64,000 bases of DNA from Paragordius varius. Lineage: Eukaryota; Animalia; Nematomorpha. Position 1 is the first letter of the stretch. The number at the start of each line of letters is the position of its first letter. The stretch is from assembly GCA_964247055.1 (NCBI GenBank), contig OZ176053.1, positions 13,206,001 to 13,270,000 on the forward strand, written 5' to 3'. Positions 53,301 through 64,000 of this stretch are shown one piece after another. Both the position numbers and the translations under genes were made by a program. Below the pieces are notes generated by a model. It had not been told where the DNA came from, made no database searches, and worked only from the letters and a program-made list of their open reading frames with translations.

Positions 53301-56300
53301 GTAGTCTTGCTAAGAGAATGTATAAAAAATTATTTTGTTCACCGGTGACCAATATCCGATTTTTAAGGACAAAGTTTAACTTGAGTATTGATGCGACTAG
53401 TTTAATACATTAATTTTTAAAGTATCGTTGTAAAAATCGGATATGAAAGAGTTTGTCAAACTATCTCTATATTTTGATGTAGTCTTACTAAGAGAATGTA
53501 TAAAAAATTATTTTGTTCACCGGGGACCAATATCCGATTTTTAAGGATAAGTTTAACTTGAGTATTGATGCGACTAGTTTAATACATTAATTTTTAAAGT
53601 ATAGTTGTAAAAATCGGATATGAAAGAGTTTGTCAAACTATCTCTATATTTTGATGTAGTCTTACTAAGAGAATGTATAAAAAATAATTTTGTTCACCGG
53701 TGACCAATATCCGAGTTTTAAGGACAAAGTTTAACTTGAGTATTGATACGATTAATTGATACGACTAGTTTTATACATTAATTTTTAAAGTATCGTTGTA
53801 AAAATCGGATATGAAAGAGTTTGTCAAACTATCTCTATATTTTGATGTAGTCTTACTAAGAAAATGTATAAAAAATTATTTTGTTCACCGGTGACCAATA
53901 TCCGATTTTTAAGGACAAAGTTTAACTTGAGTATTGATGCGACTAGTTTAATACATTAATTTTTAAAGTATCGTTGTAAAAATCGGTGTTGAAAGAGTTT
54001 GTCAAACTATCTCTATATTTTGATGTAGTCTTACTAAGAGAATGTATAAAAAATAATTTTGTTCACCGGTGACCAATATCCGATTTTTAAGGACAAAGTT
54101 TAACTTGAGTATTGATGCGACTAGTTTAATACATTAATTTTTAAAGTATCGTTGTAAAAATCGGATATGAAAGAGTTTGTCAAACTATCTCTATATTTTG
54201 ATGTAGTCTTACTAAGAGAATGTATAAAAAATTATTTTGTTCACCGGGGACCAATATCCGATTTTTAAGGACAAAGTTTAACTTGAGTAATCATGCGACT
54301 AGTTTTATACATTAATTTTTAAAGTATTGTTGTAAAAATCGGATATGAAAGAGTTTGCCAAACTATCTCTATATTTATATGTAGTCCTACTAAGAGAATG
54401 TATAAAAAAAATTTTGTTCACCGGTGACCAATATCCGATTTTTAAGGACAAAGTTTAACTTGAGTATTGATGCGACTTATTGATACGACTAGTTTTATAC
54501 ATTAATTTATAAAGTATCGTTGTAAAAATCGGATATGAATGAGTTTGTCAAACTATCTCTATTATTTGATGTAGTCTTGCTAAGAGAATGTATAAAAAAT
54601 TATTTTGTTCACCGGTGACCAATATCCGATTTTTAAGGACAAAGTTTAACTTGAGTATTGATGCGACTAGTTTAATACATTAATTTTTAAAGTATCGTTG
54701 TAAAAATCGGATATGAAAGAGTTTGTCAAACTATCTCTATATTTTGATGTAGTCTTACTAAGAGAATGTATAAAAAATTATTTTGTTCACCGGGGACCAG
54801 TATCCGATTTTTAAGGACAAAGTTTAACTTGAGTATTGATGCGACTTATTGATACGACTAGTTTTATACATAAATTTATAAAGTATCGTTGTAAAAATCG
54901 GATATGAAAGAGTTTGTCAAACTATCTCTATTATTTGATGTAGTCGTACTAAGAGAATGTATAAAAAATAATTTTGTTCACCGGTGACCAATATCCGATT
55001 TTTAAGGACAAAGTTTAACTTGAGTATTGATGCGACTAGTTTAATACATTAATTTTTAAAGTATCGTTGTAAAAATCGGATATGAAAGAGTTTGTCAAAC
55101 TATCTCTATATTTTGATGTAGTCTTACTAAGAGAATGTATAAAAAATAATTTTGTTCACCGGTGACCAATATCCGATTTTTAAGGACAAAGTTTAACTTG
55201 AGTATTGATACGATTTATTGATACGACTAGTTTTATACATTAATTTTTAAAGTATCGTTGTAAAAATCGGATATGAAAGAGTTTGTCAAACTATCTCTAT
55301 ATTTTGATGTAGTCTTACTAAGAGAATGTATAAAAAATAATTTTGTTCACCGGTGACAAATATCCGATTTTTAAGGACAAAGTTTAACTTGAGTATTGAT
55401 GCGACTAGTTTAACACATTAATTTTTAAAGTATCGTTGTAAAAATCGGATATGAAAGAGTTTGTCAAACTATCTCTATATTTTGATGTAGTCTTACTAAG
55501 AGAATGTATAAAAAATAATTTTGTTCACCGGTGACCAATATCCGATTTTTAAGGACAAAGTTTAACTTGAGTATTGATGCGACTAGTTTAATACATTAAT
55601 TTTTAAAGTATCGTTGTAAAAATCGGATATGAAAGTGTTTGTCAAACTATCTCTATATTTTGATGTAGTCTTACTAAGAGAATGTATAAAAAATTATTTT
55701 GTTCACCGGGGACCAATATCCGATTTTTAAGGACAAAGTTTAACTTGAGTAATCATGCGACTAGTTTTATACATTAATTTTTAAAGTATTGTTGTAAAAA
55801 TCGGATATGAAAGAGTTTTCCAAACTATCTCTATATTTATATGTAGTCCTACTAAGAGAATGTATAAAAAAAATTTTGTTCACCGGTGACCAATATCCGA
55901 TTTTTAAGGACAAAGTTTAACTTGAGTATTGATGCGACTTATTGATACGACTAGTTTTATACATTAATTTATAAAGTATCGTTGTAAAAATCGGATATGA
56001 ATGAGTTTGTCAAACTATCTCTATTATTTGATGTAGTCTTGCTAAGAGAATGTATAAAAAATTATTTTGTTCACCGGTGACCAATATCCGATTTTTAAGG
56101 ACAAAGTTTAACTTGAGTATTGATGCGACTAGTTTAATACATTAATTTTTAAAGTATCGTTGTAAAAATCGGATATGAAAGAGTTTGTCAAACTATCTCT
56201 ATATTTTGATGTAGTCTTACTAAGAGAATGTATAAAAAATTATTTTGTTGACCGGGGACCAGTATCCGATTTTTAAAAACAAAGTTTAACTTGAGTATTG

Positions 56301-57581
56301 ATGCGACTTATTTATACGACTAGTTTTATACATAAATTTATAAAGTATCGTTGTAAAAATCGGATATGAAAGAGTTTGTCAAACTATCTCTATTATTTGA
56401 TGTAGTCCTACTAAGAGAATGTATAAAAAATAATTTTGTTCACCGGTGACCAATATCCGATTTTTAAGGACAAAGTTTAACTTGAGTATTGATGCGACTT
56501 ATTGATACGACTAGTTTTATACATAAATTTATAAAGTATCGTTGTAAAAATCGGATATGAAAGAGTTTGTCAAACTATCTCTATTATTTGATGTAGTCCT
56601 ACTAAGAGAATGTATAAAAAATAATTTTGTTCACCGGTGACCAATATCCGATTTTTAAGGACAAAGTTTAACTTGAATATTGATGCGACTAGTTTAATAC
56701 ATTAATTTTTAAAGTATAGTTGTAAAAATCGGATATGAAAGAGTTTGTCAAACTATCTCTATATTTTGATGTAGTCCTAAGAGAATGTATAAAAAATAAT
56801 TTTGTTCACCGGTGACCAATATCCGATTTTTAAGGACAAAGTTTAACTTGAGTATTGATACGATTTATTGATACGACTAGTTTTATACATTAATTTTTAA
56901 AGTATCGTTGTAAAAATCGGATATGAAAGAGTTTGTCAAACTATCTCTATATTTTGATGTAGTCTTACTAAGAGAATGTATAAAAAATAATTTTGTTCAC
57001 CGGTGACCAATATCCGATTTTTCAGGACAAAGTTTAACTTGAGTATTGATGCGACTAGTTTAACACATTAATTTTCAAAGTATCGTTGTAAAAATCGGAT
57101 ATGAAAGAGTTTGTCAAAATATCTCTATATTTTGATGTAGTCTTACTAAGAGAATGTATAAAAAATTATTTTGTTCACCGGGGACCAATATCCGATTTTT
57201 AAGGACAAAGTTTAACTTGAGTAATCATGCGACTAGTTTTATACATTAATTTTTAAAGTATTGTTGTAAAAATCGGATATGAAAGAGTTTGCCAAACTAT
57301 CTCTATATTTATATGTAGTCCTACTAAGAGAATGTATAAAAAAAATTTTGTTCACCGGTGACCAATATCCGATTTTTAAGGACAAAGTTTAACTTGAGTA
57401 TTGATGCGACTTATTGATACGACTAGTTTTATACATTAATTTATAAAGTATCGTTGTAAAAATCGGATATGAAAGAGTTTGTCAAACTATCTCTATTATT
57501 TGATGTAGTCTTGCTAAGAGAATGTATAAAAAATTATTTTGTTCACCGGTGACCAATATCCGATTTTTAAGGACAAAGTTT

Positions 57582-59821
57582 AACTTGAGTATTGATGCGA
57601 CTAGTTTAATACATTAATTTTTAAAGTATCGTTGTAAAAATCGGATATGAAAGAGTTTGTCAAACTATCTCTATATTTTGATGTAGTCTTACTATGAGAA
57701 TGTATAAAAAATTATTTTGTTCACCGGGGACCAGTATCCGATTTTTAAGGACAAAGTTTAACTTGAGTATTGATGCGACTTATTGATACGACTAGTTTTA
57801 TACATAAATTTATAAAGTATCGTTGTAAAAATCGGATATGAAAGAGTTTGTCAAACTATCTCTATTATTTGATGTAGTCCTACTAAGAGAATGTATAAAA
57901 AATAATTTTGTTCACCGGTGACCAATATCCGATTTTTAAGGACAAAGTTTAACTTGAGTATTGATGCGACTTATTGATACGACTAGTTTAACACATTAAT
58001 TTTTAAAGTATCGTTGTAAAAATCGGATATGAAAGAGTTTGTCAAAATATCTCTATATTTTGATGTAGTCTTGCTAAGAGAATGTATGAAAAATAATTTT
58101 GTTCACCGGTGACCAATATCCGATTTTTAAGGACAAAGTTTAACTTGAGTATTGATGCGACTTATTGATACGACTAGTTTTATACATTAATTTATAAAGT
58201 ATCGTTGTAAAAATCGGATATGAAAGAGTTTGTCAAACTATCTCTATTATTTGATGTAGTCCTACTAAGAGAATGTATAAAAAATAATTCTGTTCACCAG
58301 TGACCAATATCCGATTTTTAAGGACAAAGTTTAACTTGAGTATTGATGCGACTTATTGATACGACTAGTTTAACACATTAATTTTTAAAGTATCGTTGTA
58401 AAAATCGGATATGAAAGAGTTTGTCAAACTATCTCTATATTTTGATGTAGTCTTACTAAGAGAATGTATAAAAAATAATTTTGTTCACCGGTGACCAATA
58501 TCCGATTTTTAAGGACAAAGTTTAACTTGAGTATTGATGCGACTAGTTTTATACATTAATTTATAAAGTATCGTTGTAAAAATCGGATATGAAAGAGTTT
58601 GTCAAACTATCTCTATTATTTGATGTAGTCTTGCTAAGAGAATGTATAAAAAATTATTTTGTTCACCGGTGACCAATATCCGATTTTTAAGGACAAAGTT
58701 TAACTTGAGTATTGATGCGACTAGTTTAATACATTAATTTTTAAAGTATCGTTGTAAAAATCGGATATGAAAGAGTTTGTCAAACTATCCCTATATTTTG
58801 ATGTAGTCTTACTATGAGAATGTATAAAAAATTATTTTGTTCACCGGGGACCAGTATCCGATTTTTAAGGACAAAGTTTAACTTGAGTATTGATGCGACT
58901 TATTGATACGACTAGTTTTATACATAAATTTATAAAGTATCGTTGTAAAAATCGGATATGAAAGAGTTTGTCAAACTATCTCTATTATTTGATGTAGTCC
59001 TACTAAGAGAATGTATAAAAAATAATTTTGTTCACCGGTGACCAATATCCGATTTTTAAGGACAAAGTTTAACTTGAGTATTGATGCGACTTATTGATAC
59101 GACTAGTTTAACACATTAATTTTTAAAATATCGTTGTAAAAATCGGATATGAAAGAGTTTGTCAAAATATCTCTATATTTTGATGTAGTCTTGCTAAGAG
59201 AATGTATAAAAAATAATTTTGTTCACCGGTGACCAATATCCGATTTTTAAGGACAAAGTTTAACTTGAGTATTGATGCGACTTATTGATACGACTAGTTT
59301 TATACATTAATTTATAAAGTATCGTTGTAAAAATCGGATATGAAAGAGTTTGTCAAACTATCTCTATTATTTGATGTAGTCCTACTAAGAGAATGTATAA
59401 AAAATAATTCTGTTCACCAGTGACTAATATCCGATTTTTAAGGACAAAGTTTAACTTGAGTATTGATGCGACTTATTGATACGACTAGTTTAACACATTA
59501 ATTTTTAAAGTATCGTTGTAAAAATCGGATATGAAAGAGTTTGTCAAACTATCTCTATATTTTGATGTAGTCTTACTAAGAGAATGTATAAAAAATAATT
59601 TTGTTCACCGGTGACCAATATCCGATTTTTAAGGACAAAGTTTAACTTGAGTATTGATGCGACTAGTTTAATACATTAATTTTTAAAGTATCGTTGTAAA
59701 AATCGGATATGAAAGAGTTTGTCAAACTATCTCTATATTTTGATGTAGTCTTACTAAGAGAATGTATAAAAAATTATTTTGTTCACCGAGGACCAATATC
59801 CGATTTTTAAGGACAAAGTTT
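57582..59821 (+). repeat. 6-monomer duplication, 1120-bp period (distal variants)
   Basis: Offsets 57582>58702, 57760>58880, 57951>59071 and 58142>59262. Shared actatgag, ccagtat and ttctgttcaccagtg. Confidence 0.87.
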
Positions 59822-62800
59822 AACTTGAGTAATCATGCGACTAGTTTTATACATTAATTTTTAAAGTATTGTTGTAAAAATCGGATATGAAAGAGTTTGC
59901 CAAACTATCTCTATATTTATATGTAGTCCTACTAAGAGAATGTATAAAAAAAATTTTGTTCACCGGTGACCAATATCCGATTTTTAAGGACAAAGTTTAA
60001 CTTGAGTATTGATGCGACTTATTGATACGACTAGTTTAACACATTAATTTTTAAAGTATCGTTGTAAAAATCGGATATGAAAGAGTTTGTCAAAATATCT
60101 CTATATTTTGATGTAGTCTTGCTAAGAGAATGTATAAAAAATAATTTTGTTCACCGGTGACCAATATCCGATTTTTAAGGACAAAGTTTAACTTGAGTAT
60201 TGATGCGACTTATTGATACGACTAGTTTTATACATAAATTTATCAAGTATCGTTGTAAAAATCGGATATGAAAGAGTTTGTCAAACTATCTCTATTATTT
60301 GATGTAGTCCTACTAAGAGAATGTATAAAAAATAATTTTGTTCACCGGTGACCAATATCCGATTTTTAAGGACAAAGTTTAACTTGAATATTGATGCGAC
60401 TAGTTTAATACATTAATTTTTAAAGTATAGTTGTAAAAATCGGATATGAAAGAGTTTGTCAAACTATCTCTATATTTTGATGTAGTCTTACTAAGAGAAT
60501 GTATAAAAAATAATTTTGTTCACCGGTGACCAATATCCGATTTTTAAGGACAAAGTTTAACTTGAGTATTGATACGATTTATTGATACGACTATTTTTAT
60601 ACATTAATTTTTAAAGTATCGTTGTAAAAATCGGATATGAAAGAGTTTGTCAAACTATCTCTATATTTTGATGTAGTCTTACTAAGAGAATGTATAAAAA
60701 ATTATTTTGTTCACCGGGGACCAATATCCGATTTTTAAGGACAAAGTTTAACTTGAGTAATCATGCGACTAGTTTTATACATTAATTTTTAAAGTATTGT
60801 TGTAAAAATCGGATATGAAAGAGTTTGCCAAACTATCTCTATATTTATATGTAGTCCTACTAAGAGAATGTATAAAAAATAATTCTGTTCACCAGTGACT
60901 AATATCCGATTTTTAAGGACAAAGTTTAACTTGAGTATTGATGCGACTTATTGATACGACTAGTTTAACACATTAATTTTTAAAGTATCGTTGTAAAAAT
61001 CGGATATGAAAGAGTTTGTCAAACTATCTCTATATTTTGATGTAGTCTTACTAAGAGAATGTATAAAAAATTATTTTGTTCACCGGGGACCAATATCCGA
61101 TTTTTAAGGACAAAGTTTAACTTGAGTAATCATGCGACTAGTTTTATACATTAATTTTTAAAGTATTGTTGTAAAAATCGGATATGAAAGAGTTTGCCAA
61201 ACTATCTCTATATTTATATGTAGTCCTACTAAGAGAATGTATAAAAAATAATTCTGTTCACCAGTGACTAATATCCGATTTTTAAGGACAAAGTTTAACT
61301 TGAGTATTGATGCGACTTATTGATACGACTAGTTTAACACATTAATTTTTAAAGTATCGTTGTAAAAATCGGATATGAAAGAGTTTGTCAAACTATCTCT
61401 ATATTTTGATGTAGTCTTACTAAGAGAATGTATAAAAAATAATTTTGTTCACCGGTGACCAATATCCGATTTTTAAGGACAAAGTTTAACTTGAGTATTG
61501 ATGCGACTAGTTTAATACATTAATTTTTAAAGTATCGTTGTAAAAATCGGATATGAAAGAGTTTGTCAAACTATCTCTATATTTTGATGTAGTCTTACTA
61601 AGAGAATGTATAAAAAATTATTTTGTTCACCGGGGACCAATATCCGATTTTTAAGGACAAAGTTTAACTTGAGTAATCATGCGACTAGTTTTATACATTA
61701 ATTTTTAAAGTATTGTTGTAAAAATCGGATATGAAAGAGTTTGCCAAACTATCTCTATATTTATATGTAGTCCTACTAAGAGAATGTATAAAAAAAATTT
61801 TGTTCACCGGTGACCAATATCCGATTTTTAAGGACAAAGTTTAACTTGAGTATTGATGCGACTTATTGATACGACTAGTTTAACACATTAATTTTTAAAG
61901 TATCGTTGTAAAAATCGGATATGAAAGAGTTTGTCAAAATATCTCTATATTTTGATGTAGTCTTGCTAAGAGAATGTATAAAAAATAATTTTGTTCACCG
62001 GTGACCAATATCCGATTTTTAAGGACAAAGTTTAACTTGAGTATTGATGCGACTTATTGATACGACTAGTTTTATACATAAATTTATCAAGTATCGTTGT
62101 AAAAATCGGATATGAAAGAGTTTGTCAAACTATCTCTATTATTTGATGTAGTCCTACTAAGAGAATGTATAAAAAATAATTTTGTTCACCGGTGACCAAT
62201 ATCCGATTTTTAAGGACAAAGTTTAACTTGAATATTGATGCGACTAGTTTAATACATTAATTTTTAAAGTATAGTTGTAAAAATCGGATATGAAAGAGTT
62301 TGTCAAACTATCTCTATATTTTGATGTAGTCTTACTAAGAGAATGTATAAAAAATAATTTTGTTCACCGGTGACCAATATCCGATTTTTAAGGACAAAGT
62401 TTAACTTGAGTATTGATGCGACTTATTGATACGACTAGTTTTATACATAAATTTATCAAGTATCGTTGTAAAAATCGGATATGAAAGAGTTTGTCAAACT
62501 ATCTCTATTATTTGATGTAGTCCTACTAAGATAATGTATAAAAAATAATTTTGTTCACCGGTGACCAATATCCGATTTTTAAGGACAAAGTTTAACTTGA
62601 ATATTGATGCGACTAGTTTAATACATTAATTTTTAAAGTATAGTTGTAAAAATCGGATATGAAAGAGTTTGTCAAACTATCTCTATATTTTGATGTAGTC
62701 TTACTAAGAGAATGTATAAAAAATAATTTTGTTCACCGGTGACCAATATCCGATTTTTAAGGACAAAGTTTAACTTGAGTATTGATGCGACTAGTTTAAT

Positions 62801-64000
62801 ACATTAATTTTTAAAGTATCGTTGTAAAAATCGGATATGAAAGAGTTTGTCAAACTATCTCTATATTTTGATGTAGTCTTACTAAGAGAATGTATAAAAA
62901 ATTATTTTGTTCACCGGGGACCAATATCCGATTTTTAAGGACAAAGTTTAACTTGAGTAATCATGCGACTAATTTTATACATTAATTTTTAAAGTATTGT
63001 TGTAAAAATCGGATATGAAAGAGTTTGCCAAACTATCTCTATATTTATATGTAGTCCTACTAAGAGAATGTATAAAAAAAATTTTGTTCACCGGTGACCA
63101 ATATCCGATTTTTAAGGACAAAGTTTAACTTGAGTATTGATGCGACTTATTGATACGACTAGTTTAACACATTAATTTTTAAAGTATCGTTGTAAAAATC
63201 GGATATGAAAGAGTTTGTCAAAATATCTCTATATTTTGATGTAGTCTTGCTAAGAGAATGTATAAAAAATAATTTTGTTCACCGGTGACCAATATCCGAT
63301 TTTTAAGGACAAAGTTTAACTTGAGTATTGATGCGACTTATTGATACGACTAGTTTTATACATAAATTTATCAAGTATCGTTGTAAAAATCGGATATGAA
63401 AGAGTTTGTCAAACTATCTCTATTATTTGATGTAGTCCTACTAAGAGAATGTATAAAAAATAATTTTGTTCACCGGTGACCAATATCCGATTTTTAAGGA
63501 CAAAGTTTAACTTGAATATTGATGCGACTAGTTTAATACATTAATTTTTAAAGTATAGTTGTAAAAATCGGATATGAAAGAGTTTGTCAAACTATCTCTA
63601 TATTTTGATGTAGTCTTACTAAGAGAATGTATAAAAAATAATTTTGTTCACCGGTGACCAATATCCGATTTTTAAGGACAAAGTTTAACTTGAGTATTGA
63701 TACGATTTATTGATACGACTATTTTTATACCTTAATTTTTAAAGTATCGTTGTAAAAATCGGATATGAAAGAGTTTGTCAAACTATCTCTATATTTTGAT
63801 GTAGTCTTACTAAGAGAATGTATAAAAAATTATTTTGTTCACCGGGGACCAATATCCGATTTTTAAGGACAAAGTTTAACTTGAGTAATCATGCGACTAG
63901 TTTTATACATTAATTTTTAAAGTATTGTTGTAAAAATCGGATATGAAAGAGTTTGCCAAACTATCTCTATATTTATATGTAGTCCTACTAAGAGAATGTA

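Larger units (their letters stand above)
1..64000 (+). repeat. Tandem satellite DNA array, 178/191-bp monomers, ~349 copies, running off both window ends
   Basis: The anchor aacttgag (or a variant) recurs at 1, 180, 359, 538, 729, 907, 1098 ... 63687, 63878. No unique sequence and no strand switch were seen. The consensus monomer has 49 G+C in 178 bp (~27.5% GC). Confidence 0.99.

Noticed and set aside
1-64000. CRISPR array
   Set aside because: There are no unique spacers and no cas genes. The entire unit is repeated.
1-64000. Single recombination hotspot within the monomer
   Set aside because: Mapped chimera breakpoints fall in different parts of the monomer (near ~35, ~52, ~100-107 and ~108-131). 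A few lie beside dyads, but there is no clear clustering by eye.

Overview
The whole 64 kb window is one uninterrupted, head-to-tail, single-orientation tandem satellite array. It is about 27% GC and holds about 349 monomers by my manual count. I see no credible gene, RNA gene, transposon or CRISPR array. Short monomers are 177-179 bp. Consensus: aacttgagtattgatgcgactagtttaatacattaatttttaaagtatcgttgtaaaaatcggatatgaaagagtttgtcaaactatctctatattttgatgtagtcttactaagagaatgtataaaaaataattttgttcaccggtgaccaatatccgatttttaaggacaaagttt. Long monomers are 190-192 bp and carry a tandem duplication of the 13-mer tattgatgcgact. I do not recognise the monomer as a named satellite, and the host cannot be assigned from the sequence. 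I typed monomers by eye using diagnostic variants, with my own labels: A=ggaaag+aagaaaat; B=ggaaag+ccgggg; C=long, aataatc, tgtaatcttgc; Cx=long, gagttcgtc, ataacttt; C'=long, ggaaag, tataaggattaag; D=ttgaatatt+tatagtt; E=aacgtgag, long, aatcgaat; F/F'=tttaacac (with/without ctctaatattt); G=gtacaatc+ccgggg; H/H'=gagtaatcat+ttgccaaa; I/I'=long, ctattattt (cttgcta/tttagcta); J=plain+ccgggg; K=long, gattaattg; L=long, caaaatatc; M=gagtttt, ctggttt, accataat; N=gcgacgag+tatagtt; O=long, ctataattt, aaagatt; P=long, gatacgatttattg, otherwise plain; Q-T=distal long variants. The array is a hierarchy of higher-order repeats (HORs). A 23-monomer master order (~4.2 kb) contains two homologous 7-mers. 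It has been cut up by many recent tandem duplications of 2-25 monomers, several with chimeric monomers at the junctions. The set of variants turns over from proximal to distal. Each monomer is rich in dyad symmetry, including a perfect 14-bp inverted repeat. All counts and coordinates are manual and should be confirmed computationally.
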